Origin: Podarcis pityusensis
Taxonomy: Eukaryota
Length of the DNA stretch: 64,000 bases
Direction: 5' to 3' (one strand)
Assembly: GCA_964106645.2 (NCBI GenBank)
Contig: OZ067050.1
Shown here: one piece after another, positions 13,301 to 24,400 of the stretch
Layout: each line of letters begins with the position of its first letter
How positions within the stretch are numbered: position 1 is the stretch's first letter
Made by a program: the position numbers and the translations under genes
The notes under the pieces: generated by a model
Told to the model about the DNA's origin: nothing
Seen by the model: the letters and a program-made list of their open reading frames with translations, nothing else
The model's database searches: none

Positions 13301-15713
13301 CTGCCAATCAAATGAAATGAATATTTCAGAGGACAGCTCTTCAAAGGAATTAATTTCTTATCATTTGTTTATCACAACAATTTATACAACATTTATTGCC
13401 ATAGTTTCTAAGCTCTGTAAAAGCCTTGTTCTGTGCCCAGTAAGCACGGGACGCCTTTGCCTGGCATCGCTGTTGCCCATAGATTACAGCAAAATACTCG
13501 GCAAGGTTTTGCCCAATATCTTGCCTGTGCGATGGGTTCATGGGAAAAAGCTGTCCCATGAGACCTTTGCAAAGGAGAGGGGAAAGCAGACAAAAGCTGC
13601 CTCATCTTAAAGAGATTTCTCACTGGCGGTGTTCCAGTTTTGGAGCACTCTTCATATGGAACAATCCAATTATGCAGTACTCCTCAGAAAGATTCATATG
13701 GTGTTATATTTTCAGTGCAAGACAAAGTCCTTTTTTTTATTTACCCAAGCCCTTTAGAGGGAATTTATTCATTTTTTAATTCTTTTGTGATCTTATAGTC
13801 TTTTACTTTATTATTACTGTTTATTGTTATTATTATTTATTATTACTGTTATTTTTAGTTACATATTAGTTGTTTTATTTCTTCTTCTAAGCCACCCTGG
13901 GAACACGATTGAAGGGTCATGTTAAAATACCTCTGTTGAATACCTACCTACCTACTGAAACATATTTTTTCAGAGGCTTTGCAGCATCTTTTAGCCACTA
14001 CAGAAAACAGAAGTGCACTTTGGAAGTTCATGGAAGCTTATGGTACACTTTATTAGTTTTGCTTAGTTGGGAAATCATCAGATACAGAAAAACTGGGGAG
14101 TGCACTTTCTGGCTTTTTGGTTTTTTAACCGTTTCTCCCAAATTATCAGTTTTGGGCATTGAATCACAATGTGTACTGCTGCACCACAGACAGACAGCAA
14201 TATACAGCTTGGCGCATCTAGCCACAACATATAGAATCATTTCTGCTGCTCTTAAAGGAGAATGTTCTACAAAGCATCTTGTGTTTATAGCTTGGAGTCC
14301 ATACATAAAGGGTAGTAGGCTAAAGGAATACATAGCAGCTAATGGCAGGTGAAAGGGTTCCCATGACACTAGTGGTCCCAATTTTTTTCAGAAATGTGTT
14401 TAGAAAAAGAAAATTCATGATACAATAGCCTTTCCATACTTTCTCCTTTTTTTCTTCAATCACAAATTCCATCCAGAGAGTTAACAGAGCATAACAGAAT
14501 TGTATTCATAATGCACAACACAGAGAAAATGGATACAGAAAAAGTTTTTCTCCATCTCTCATAACACTAAAGCTAATGGAAATGCACCAAAGCTGAATAC
14601 TGGAACATTCAGTACAGACAAAAGGAAGTTCTTCTTTATATACTGTAGTGCATAGTTAAACAATGGAATTAACTCCCACCAGAAGCAGCAGTAGCTACCA
14701 TCTTAGATGGCTTTAAAAAGGGTTAAAACTCATGAAGCATAAAGCTATACTAGACATGATGGCTGAATTCTGCCGCCACTCTTGGGGGCAATATGCTTCT
14801 GAATACCAGCTGCTGGAAACTACAGGAGGGGAGAATGATTTTGCGCTCAGGTCCTGCTTCCAGGCTTCCCATAGGCATTTTGTTGGCTTCGGTGAGAACA
14901 AGAAGCTGATTCAGCAGGCTATTCTTAAATTCATAATGAACACAATTAACTCAGACTCATTAATCTCAGTGGGTGTACTCTGACCAACTCCATGTTCTAC
15001 CCACTGAAGTAAATTGATTCAATGCTCTTAAGCCCTTTTCTGTCAATGAGTCAGCTCCAAGCGCAATCAACACTGAATGTCACCCCAAATCTCATATCCC
15101 TCCTATTTAAAAAGAAATACAACTATGCAAAGAGGTAACAGTTACTGTTGTGGAAGAACAAAATCTGAAATGATTGTAATCTTAGTAACATGCACAAGAC
15201 TGAGAAAGCAACTGAAAGCGCACCAACACTATGTTTTCTCACTCATTCAAACCCCTTAATTGGTTCAGAAGACCAGCCCTAAATATTGAAAGGATGCATC
15301 AATAGGTGTGTACACCACCTTCCAACATATTTCATTGTGCATTTCAATTATGTCATGATAACGGGGGGGGGGGGGCTAACATGTGGAGCCCCAGAAAATC
15401 CCTGTTTTATTATTTCATTGGGGGGGGGGAGTTTCACCTGAACCCCATATTAGTTATCCGTCTAAGCTCAGATGAAGCAGAAGGAACAAAATCCATACTC
15501 TGAAATCTCAAACAGCTTCTGAGATGGGTGTTCCCGGAATAATAGTTCATCAGAAGTGTAAATGATCTGGGAAGTCATTCCACCGATGAGGAGGCCACCT
15601 GGCTGGTACCACTCATGTGGAATAGGGAAGGGATCAATTGCAGGGCACTTCACTGTTTCTGTTTTGCACGCGCTTTGGGGTAATAGGAGCAGGAACACCA
15701 TTAGCCACAACAT
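6242..15713 (-). CDS. V2R gene B, vomeronasal type-2 receptor, complete, ~875 aa
   Basis: Exons 15713-15499, 13300-13009, 11769-10909, 9634-9404, 8824-8698 (127 bp Cys-rich exon, [22 protein letters not shown]), 7143-6242 (7TM exon: [42 protein letters not shown]). Sum 2628 nt, no internal stop, GT-AG junctions. Confidence 0.93.
7585..8262 (+). mobile_element. L1 3' fragment
   Basis: Homologous to the L1 at 59880-60370 ([28 protein letters not shown]). Ends caataaaaaagg. Confidence 0.75.
10269..10835 (-). mobile_element. L2-type 3' fragments (second family) with (AAT)n tail
   Basis: ORF 10492-10764 [24 protein letters not shown] resembles the L2 ORF2 end; terminal motif attctgtgaactgccctaagacc on the minus strand; triplet tail at 10269-10311. 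Confidence 0.7.
12159..12295. other. Assembly gap (137 N) in gene B intron 2
   Basis: Run of n. Confidence 0.99.
14520..14930 (+). mobile_element. CR1 3' end and 3'UTR
   Basis: ttcagtacagacaaaaggaagttcttcttt (FRTDKRK-type CR1 end) followed by the 3'UTR motif ctcaggtcctgctt..cccataggcat, shared with 29400-29500. Confidence 0.65.
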
Positions 15714-15949
15714 CCTAGCAGCAAAGCTTCTCTTTAACTGCAGGCTCTCCTGTGTCATGTCTAAAGCAACTTCCTGGCTTTTAGCAAGGTATTCAGAGTC
15801 TGCATATTCACTTCCTAAAAGGAAACTCTGCAGTCTTACTTTCAACATCCAGAGAGTTACAAAGGCATGCCTTGAATACTAGCTGGGATGGCCAACACTC
15901 TGATCTGAAGTCTTAACGACACAGGCTGCCGTTGTTAAAAATGACACAA

Positions 15950-16110
15950 CAATGCCAGCCTCTTTTCCCTACTCCCAGCTTCCAATAGTGGAAGGAATTA
16001 TTTATGAACAACTTGTTGCTGATTTTCGTGCCTTCTGGAAAGCCCTGGAGATTTGGCCAGATGAATAATTGGATAATTGCAGGGTGTGATAATAATGTCT
16101 GCAAGACTGA
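15950..16110 (-). promoter_or_regulatory. Conserved upstream cassette of gene B
   Basis: cagcctctt..cctactcccagcttcc and gccctggagatttggccagatg..gataattgcagggtgtgataat. Confidence 0.55.
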
Positions 16111-16340
16111 AGGTCTCTGTAGCACTCTTTGCAACAAGCATGTTGCTTTCCTCCCCCCGAATTCTATCACATGCCTGCTCTGTCTCTTAGTGGGTCAATG
16201 ATTGGTTTCCAGGTTAAGAAGTATCCAAAGGAAAGTGATGTCTGAAATGCAGCGTGGGGACCTGTGCCCCACCAGTTGTTGCTGGACTACAACTCCCATC
16301 ATCCTTCACTGACCATTAGCTATGTTGGCTAAGGCTGATG

Positions 16341-16692
16341 TGTCGGGGAACCAGCCCACCAGGTGCGGAGGAAAGTGACGAGGAGTCATGGGTGAAGGTT
16401 TAAGCAAGGAGTGAGCTCTCCCTCCCAGCAGCCTTGCATGTTTATTAGCTTTGCGCACATTACATCATGTTGCATATACACGTGTAGCACTCGGGTGGAA
16501 AACAGCTAGGGTTTGCATTTCTAAGAATAACTATTCTCTACCAGGACATAGCTCCAGACAGTATGACAGCCACGTAAGCTTTGTGGTTAAACAGCTCATC
16601 AGTGACCCAGGCGGGTGGGGGGAACAAGTCAGCAGATGTTTCCTCTTGCACAATCTTGCACAAGGGTGCTATTTTTCTGTTGCACCCCCACA
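16341..16692 (-). mobile_element. Solo endogenous-retrovirus LTR (352 bp, 6-bp TSD)
   Basis: TGT..ACA termini with short inverted ends (tgtcgggg / ccccaca). TSD ctgatg at 16335-16340 and 16693-16698. The minus strand has a TATA-like gtatatgcaa followed ~30 nt later by AATAAA and a pyrimidine-rich U5-like end. It interrupts an older MITE-like repeat. Confidence 0.8.
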
Positions 16693-17793
16693 CTGATGGG
16701 AGATGGGAGTCCAATAACTTCAGCAAGTTCACCACCCCTGCAGAAGCCATGATCTTGTTGTGGAAACACAAGTTAATTTTGACAAGAAGGTGAGGCCTAC
16801 ATAAATGTTGAGCTAGCAATGGAAGTCATATTTTCCCCAAACAGAGTACCTGCATACCTGTTTCCACACATGAATTGTTGGATAACGGGACCTCAGAGAA
16901 GAGTAATAGATATTTTCCATGGTGGCAAAACAAACAGCAAATGGTGCTCTTGTTTTCATTATCTACATATCTATAGATATGTAGATATGTGCACTTCCTC
17001 ATTGGTTCAACACTTTATGATAGAAACTAAGAGTCAAGTAGTGTCAGATAGGAGCTGCCTTTGCTTTCTGAGCCACCTTCTCCAAATATTGAGAGAAAGA
17101 AAGGTGGCTCCTCTTTGACATAGTAGCTCTTTGCAGATCTACCTTCAGCTCCTTTGATGACCCATGGAAGAGGAGGATGCATGCTACTGCTGCATGCATG
17201 AGGCTTCATAGGGTGAGAGGTGGGACTGAGTCTCTCCCAAATGCACATCTCCTCTGATGCATCCTGAGCTATCATCCCTGAGCCTCTGTCATTATGGTCA
17301 AACAAAATGAGCCACAGGTTTAAGGGAAGACCTGGCTGGAGTGGGGAGGCTAGATCCTGAGATCAGCTGCTGCCAGTACTGGCCATCCTCCTCTTCCCCA
17401 ACAAGCCTGGAGACACACTGCAGTCACCACTGTCCAGGCAGCCAATGAGGATGCAGGAGTAGCAGTGCAGAGAGGAAGAAGATGGCCAGAAGTGGTGTTA
17501 AGCAAGCCTGCTGATCCACAGGGCAACTGCTAGAGAGCTGCCCTGACTTATCCTGCCCATTCTTCTGTAGTTTGCAGGATCTATGGTTTGGCCAAGGAGG
17601 TGGTTGCGTGAGCAGAATGAAACCACAGCTGGCATGGAGGTGGCCAGGGAGGAAAAGAACTGGTCTAGATGGGCAAGCTTAGATTTTCTGCTCCCCCAGG
17701 GTTCTTATTGTCACAAGCAGGTGGCACATAATGTAGTAAAGTATACCCTTTATTCCCCACTATCAAGTGAGCAGAAGCAAAGTCCATGTAGTT

Positions 17794-18581
17794 TAAGATT
17801 ACCAGATTTCCCCCCCCCCAAAGAATCCAGGGACACTTTTTTTTTGAAAAGAGGAAAAAAATGTTATTAAAGAAAAAGTTATTTAAAATAATAATAATTA
17901 AGAAGTAATATCTTCTCTTCTGTGGTCTCCTCTGTCGTACAGCCTTCCTCTGGGCCCTGGCCTGCTCTCTTGGAGTGCTAGTTGCCGGGGAGTAGTATTG
18001 GGTCGAACCTGGGCTCGGCCACGTGTCCTTGCCCTCCCAGCACTCTCCTACCTCTCCTCCTTAGTGGCAGTGGCAGCAGTGGTGTGGGAAGGCTGGGGCT
18101 CCCCTCTTTTTTCTCCTTCCTCTTCCTCTCTCTTCCTTCTCCTCTTCTCCTCCTTCTTCCTGTGTTGGCTCTGGGGCAGTCGGCCAGGTGGCCGGGCACT
18201 CTCACTCCTGGCTCAATTTGGGTCACGCAGGGAATCAGCGGTTCCCTCAGTTGACGTGCCGGGCATCCCCGGTTTCCCCTCGGCAGTGGCAGCAGCAGTC
18301 TCAGCAGCCTGGAGCTAGCCTGGTAGCACAGTTGGCTTTGGCTGACTTCAGGAACTGCTCGCTGCCATGGGGCCCACCATTTTGCCTCGCAGGAAGTCCC
18401 CATATGATGTGTCTTGTGCTGTAGAACCAATCACGCAACATTCATTCCCTACTAATAAATCTACAACACTTAAAATATAAATCTGGGGACATTAAATGAA
18501 ATCCAGGGAGAGATTTTGTCCAGGGACAGATTTGTAAATCCGGGTACTGTCCCCAGGAAACGGGGACTTCTGGTAACCATA
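17794..18581. mobile_element. Non-autonomous hAT-type DNA transposon with a GC-rich internal segment
   Basis: TIRs taagattaccaga / tctggtaaccata, subterminal ggggac repeats, 8-bp TSD atgtagtt (17786-17793) / atgtagct (18582-18589). Confidence 0.78.
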
Positions 18582-18982
18582 ATGTAGCTAGGAGCAAAGA
18601 TCAGCAGGAAGTGTACAGCCCCTCACCCTTTGAGGCATGCATAACACACAAACAGTTCTTTAAAAGTGTGAGGGGTAGTAGATGCAGTTTCCAATAACAC
18701 ACATAGCCCAAAAGCTTATAAACGCTGTACTATACAGTAATAAAGGGAGAAATAATGCAGCTCTGTAGCACAAAGCACTGCACTGATTGGCTTATGTAAA
18801 TTACAATGCTCCATCACAGGAAGTTGACTAAAAATGGCATTTGGTAATGTGGACTGATGGGGAAATGGAACAGCAAATGAACCTTGATGAGGAGGCCTGT
18901 AGATAATTTTAAACACATATCTATAATCATTACTTAACTTCCTACCCTATACATACTACATAAATTGACAAAAACAGATTAT

Positions 18983-21392
18983 TTAATTCTTTGCCCTTAT
19001 TAGTTGCTCTCTGTTGTTCAGCTCAGGCCTGAGCAGAATGATGTAGCATTTAGGGGAAAAGATGCAACCCAGTAACCCAGCACTGGAGGCCAAGATGGAG
19101 AAGATCTCCACAGCAACCATCTGTTTACCTCTTGAGCTAAGGTATGTTGGAACAAAGGACACCCACACGGAACAAAATGCCAGCATGCTGAAGGTAATGA
19201 ATTTGGCCTCATTAAAACTATCAGGTAATTTCCGGGCTAAAAATGCCACAATGAAGCTGACAATGGCCAAGAGCCCTAAATAGCTCAGGACACTATAAAA
19301 CATGGCAACTGACCCTTCATTACATTGTGCAATGATTTCTCCAGCTACCGAGTGCATGTCTAAATCAGGGAACGGGGGAGATGTTCCAAGCCACCCAATA
19401 CAAATACTTGCTTGAATAAGGGAGCATGAAAGGACAATGGCTTGACCCAATCCTTTGCCTACCCACTTCATCAACCTGGAGCCTGGCTTTGTGGCTAAGA
19501 AAACAAGAACCACGGTGATGGTTTTGGCCAACACACAAGAAACAGCCACTGAGAAGATGATGCCAAAAGTGGGTTGACGGAGAAGGCAGGTCACTTTTCC
19601 AGGTTGTCCAAGGAATAGCAAAGAAGAGAGGAAGCAGAGCAGGAGGGAGACGAGGAGAGTGTAGGTGAGGCCTCGGTTGTTGGCTTTGACAATGGGAGTA
19701 TCTTTGTGCTTAATAAAAGTTCCTAGTACCAAAGCTGTGATTAGGGAAAAGGCTAGGGAAACTGAGGCTAAACTGATCCCTAAAGGTTCCTCATAAGAAA
19801 GGAAGTTTCTAGATTTGGGGATACAGCCATCTCTGTAATTGTTTGGATATTGATCTTCTGGGCATTTGAAGCAGTCAACCATATCTGAAAAAATAGAAAA
19901 AGGTTGAATTTCAGTGTCAATCCATGTTTAGTTTGGAGAAGGATTCCTTTGCCTGAAACACATATGTTTCAGTGGGTGGCCATATGAAAATGAGTTTTAA
20001 TAGCCTCTTTTTTAATCTTATGGCTATCATCATTTAGCTACTGTGTATATTCTGGTTGTGTTTAAATAACTCCCATGAAAATTTTATATTTTCCTCCATG
20101 TGAAAATCAGGAAAAATTATAACCCACCCTCCCCTTTATTTGGCAGAATTTGGCGGCTTAGTATAGGGATGGGGGAAAAATTCATTTCAGTTCATATTTA
20201 AAGGTGAATGTCATGATCGCTTTTGAATTCTCTGATTAATCTCAGGGAGCATATCTTTACATTCCACAGTTCTGGGCTGATGTCAGAAAACACCCATTTT
20301 CCAGGCACCACCCTGTGATATTCTTTAGACCCAGTTGACCGCATGAGTAAAATTTCATGTCAGCATGACTTGTTGACCAAGTGTTTACATGCACATTATG
20401 ATGATTTAACACAAGGCACAAAATCCAAATTAGGTTTGGGGGATTGGCGGGGGTGGGGTGGGGAGAGTTTACTTCACCTACCATTCTCTTCCGAAATCCT
20501 CCCTTCGGGACATGGAACACAGTCATAACAGCAAAAAAGATTCCCTTCCTTTTCTTTCTTCTGGTGGCCAGGATGGCAATGTTCACTACACAAAGAAAGA
20601 GGCTGCACCTATTGACAGACAGGAAGGAGATTTGCGGTGATAGAAATGTTCTTTCACATTTTGTCTATTTATCTATCCATCTGTGCTATGATTCACACCA
20701 TAGTAGCTGAGGAAGGCAGAAACTGAAACATTTAATATTTAAGAATAAATATTTGTATTGTTATTCACTGTAATAAATATATACATATACAGATGTAGAT
20801 ACATGTACCATATTTTCCCATGTATAACACGCCCTCGTGTATAAAACACCCCCTATTTGGAGGGGACAAAAATTTAAGAAAATGGGGGGAGATGGCCCAG
20901 AGTTGTTGTGCTATTTTCAGGGGGAAATGACAAAAACCACTAACCCAAAGGACAAACACTGACAATCTCTCGCGTCGCCAAGCCAAATTGCGTCTGCACG
21001 GTATATACTTTTCTTTTTTAACTACTGATCTGCAACTACTTGATCTGCAGATCAAGAAGATGGTGTCTCAGTAATTACCATATTCCAAAGAAACAGAAAG
21101 TGCCTACTTGTACACATTCAGAATATAGTACATGGATTCTAGCAGATTTCTATGGTACTTATGCAAGACATGCTTAGACTTGCATATATAGCTTTCAGAA
21201 TGGGGTGAAAAGTATTCAGCACTTGCAGCTACTTTTAGAGCACCTGGACAGCCTTCAGAACCACAGATTAGCACCTTAGAAGTTTTCAGGGAAGTTTTTA
21301 ATATTTAACACTGTACTGTTTTTAACACTTGATTGGGAACCGCCCAGAGTGGCTGGGGAAACTCAGTCAGATGGGCGGGGTATAAATAATAA

Positions 21393-21435
<43 letters not shown>

Positions 21436-24400
21436 GAGTAGTCTTCAATTTTTTCAGATCCAATGCCCACCTTTAACCCAAACATGCTCCTGAAGATTCA
21501 TTTCCTAATATTCATCAATTTTTTGTATGGTAGTAGTGCTGCCATTGTGACCTACATAAGATTAGACAATGACTCAATAGTGGAACTGACCCATCGGTAG
21601 AAAACCAATGATCTAGATAAGAGAACACTGCCCAAGAACACACCAAAATCCCCACCTGGTTAAAACCTCTGTGCCACGCAATTATATCTTCGTTAAGAAA
21701 GAATCCATTTTCTCCAAGAGCATTGAGATCCTCCACTCTTCCAACTTTGACCCTCTGAAAAGATGTGTTTGGGAATGTGATCATATTCATTATGTCAAAC
21801 CCACCTCTCACTTCATTGTTTCCATTAAAGGAAATAGTTTCTCCAGCTGAGTTGTTGAATGAAGTGCTCTGAAGTAACAGGTGGAGCTAATGGAAAGAAG
21901 GAAGGCTCTTAGAAGTGTAGTCATATTGCAGTAATAAATATTGTGCAGCATGAAGCAATAGGAGGCATGAAAACTGACTCCTTTTGGAATGAAATATTGT
22001 CCAGACCTATAAAGATTTACAGTGGTACCTCGGGTTAAGTACTTAATTCGTTCCAGAGGTCCGTACTTAACCTGAAACTGTTCTTAACCTGAAGCACCAC
22101 TTTAGCTAATGGGGCCTCCCCTGCTGCCGCGCCGCCAGAGCATGATTTCTGTTCTCATCCTGAAGCAAAGTTCTTAACCTGAAGCAATATTTCTGGGTTA
22201 ACAGAGTCTGTAATCTGAAGCATATGTAACCTGAAGCGTATGTAACCAGAGGTACCACTGTACTTGCAGAATTGTCTTCAAAAGAGAACAAAAACATCAA
22301 AGATTTGTCCAAATAATTGTGTTGTAATCCAGTATTATTGTTGTTGCCTTTATTGTTAATATCATCGTCACCATCTTAACACTAAATAAGCTGTTAATTT
22401 GTAGAGACATTACCTGCCAGGGATGAAGATCCTGAAGATCAAATTTTCTGCTACCTACCATTCCTCTGTGCTTAGATCTACTTGAGTAAATGGCATGCAA
22501 AGCATGAGCAACGGCATAGACAGCATTGTAGATATTATAGCTGTGGCCAGTCATGTCCATTTCAAACAGAGGCCTAGGAAGACTATCTAGCCTCTCATCT
22601 CCACTACATGTCCCATCAGCCTGCACTGTCACCTTCGGATTTGGAAATGAACAGTCAAATGCTTGCTCCCAGAAATCCTTGAAAAAACCATCTCCTTTGT
22701 TCCAGCCAGGTTTTATGTTCTGAATAAATTTCTCAAATTGTGGAAGCTCTTTTGAGTGAATGGTGAAGGAAATGGCACCTTGGAACAGCTGAAAATCCAA
22801 GGGTCGCTGAAAGGTTGTTGTTATGAAATCAATCTGAGATGTCAAAATCCACACCTTTCTAACTGATGACTTCTCTATATTTCCAGGGTACTGTAGTGCT
22901 ATAAAAGCTCTAAGCCATATCATTGTCAAAGACTGTCCATTGATGATGCATGTATTGGTTCCATCATCTGTGAAAAATGCACGCATACTTGAGTATAGAT
23001 CAACAATTTCATCCACTTCATTCCACTTGTTTTGGGCTGGGAGTCTCTGAGTGAAGGCTGAACAGATTCCATGCTGGGAAAACAATAGTTCTAACGTCTG
23101 CAAGAAATGTTCTCCACTGTCATCATCTGCAGCAAAGAGTCCAACCCATGACCATCCAAAGTGCTTAAGTAAGTTGATAATTCCCATATACTGGTGAGCT
23201 TCATTTGGAACCATGCGATACAATGATTGCAACTGTGTCATCTGTCTGCCCTCTAGGGCTAACGAGCCATAAGTGATCTATAAGGAAATGTACACATTTC
23301 TTAGATAAAAGCTAGGAGCCACCCATGTGTGGTGAAACAAATATAAACTGAAAGACTTTGTAGCTTTGTCAAGAACTCTTTGGGGTGAATTTTCTCAAGT
23401 CACTGGCATGCAGTGCAATTTTTGGTTGTTTCCTTTTCAGTAATATCCCGTTTAACTTACTCCCAGAATAATGAATAATGTTAAGGGTTGTATGCAACTA
23501 AGTTTATTCAGAGTAGACCCATTAAAATTAATGGAACTGATTCAGTCATGAATATTAACTTTAGTGGGTCTACTCTGAGTAGGACTATTATTAGAAGCAT
23601 CACAAAATTTAGAAACTTATACCCACTCCTGGAACAATGGATTAAATTAACATCATAGTAAGTTATGACTTTTGACTAGACTAAATTATAACATTCTTTT
23701 ATGCAAAACACTTCATTTTAATGAAAGATATAAACCGATTATTTATTAAATGCTGCTTGCATAACATAATTTGGGAAGGGGGAAGAATGAAATACTCGCA
23801 GACTACAACATTTAGTTTTTAGGGTCTGGAAGCTAACGAATACAGTTAAAATGAACAACACAGCAAGGATAAAGGAAGGTAGATAACTTATTTATTTATT
23901 TATTGAATAACGGATTGTATTTGTTTTGCATTTATGAGATCCTCCAAAGAATTTCATTATACTTCTTTCAGCAGTTGGAAAACTTTGAGATGCCAGATGC
24001 ATTGAGTGACTGATAACTTAAAATAATAGTGATAGTAATAATAATAGCAATAATTTGTACAAGAAATACCCATTTGTATATATTATTAGGGGAATTATGA
24101 ATTATTTGCATATATTTAAGTTCATGAATGCCTAATCTATGAATATTTATGAATATTGTAGGCTCGGTTTTGCTTTTGCTTTTCTTTGCATTACTTATAT
24201 CATAAAGTAACATACAAATTAAAAACAACAATAACCACTTCTTCTAAGAGAAGGGTGCATTTGGTGAATGTCATCACACCCTCATGTGATTATCCTACCT
24301 GAGGAATCTTGTAGAGACCTATAATTCCTGTCATAAGAAAAGAGGTATCCGAATCATATCCCCCAATGACAGCTATGAGGTTTTTCTGGGTGTCACATTT

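Noticed and set aside
15714-15848. N-terminal extensions of genes B, C and F suggested by the ORF track
   Set aside because: The aligned ATG directly precedes the hydrophobic signal peptide in all paralogues; the extensions are not conserved.
18983-19884. Genes B and C as a haplotype or assembly duplicate
   Set aside because: Other exons, introns and TE content differ substantially; only one tract is near-identical.
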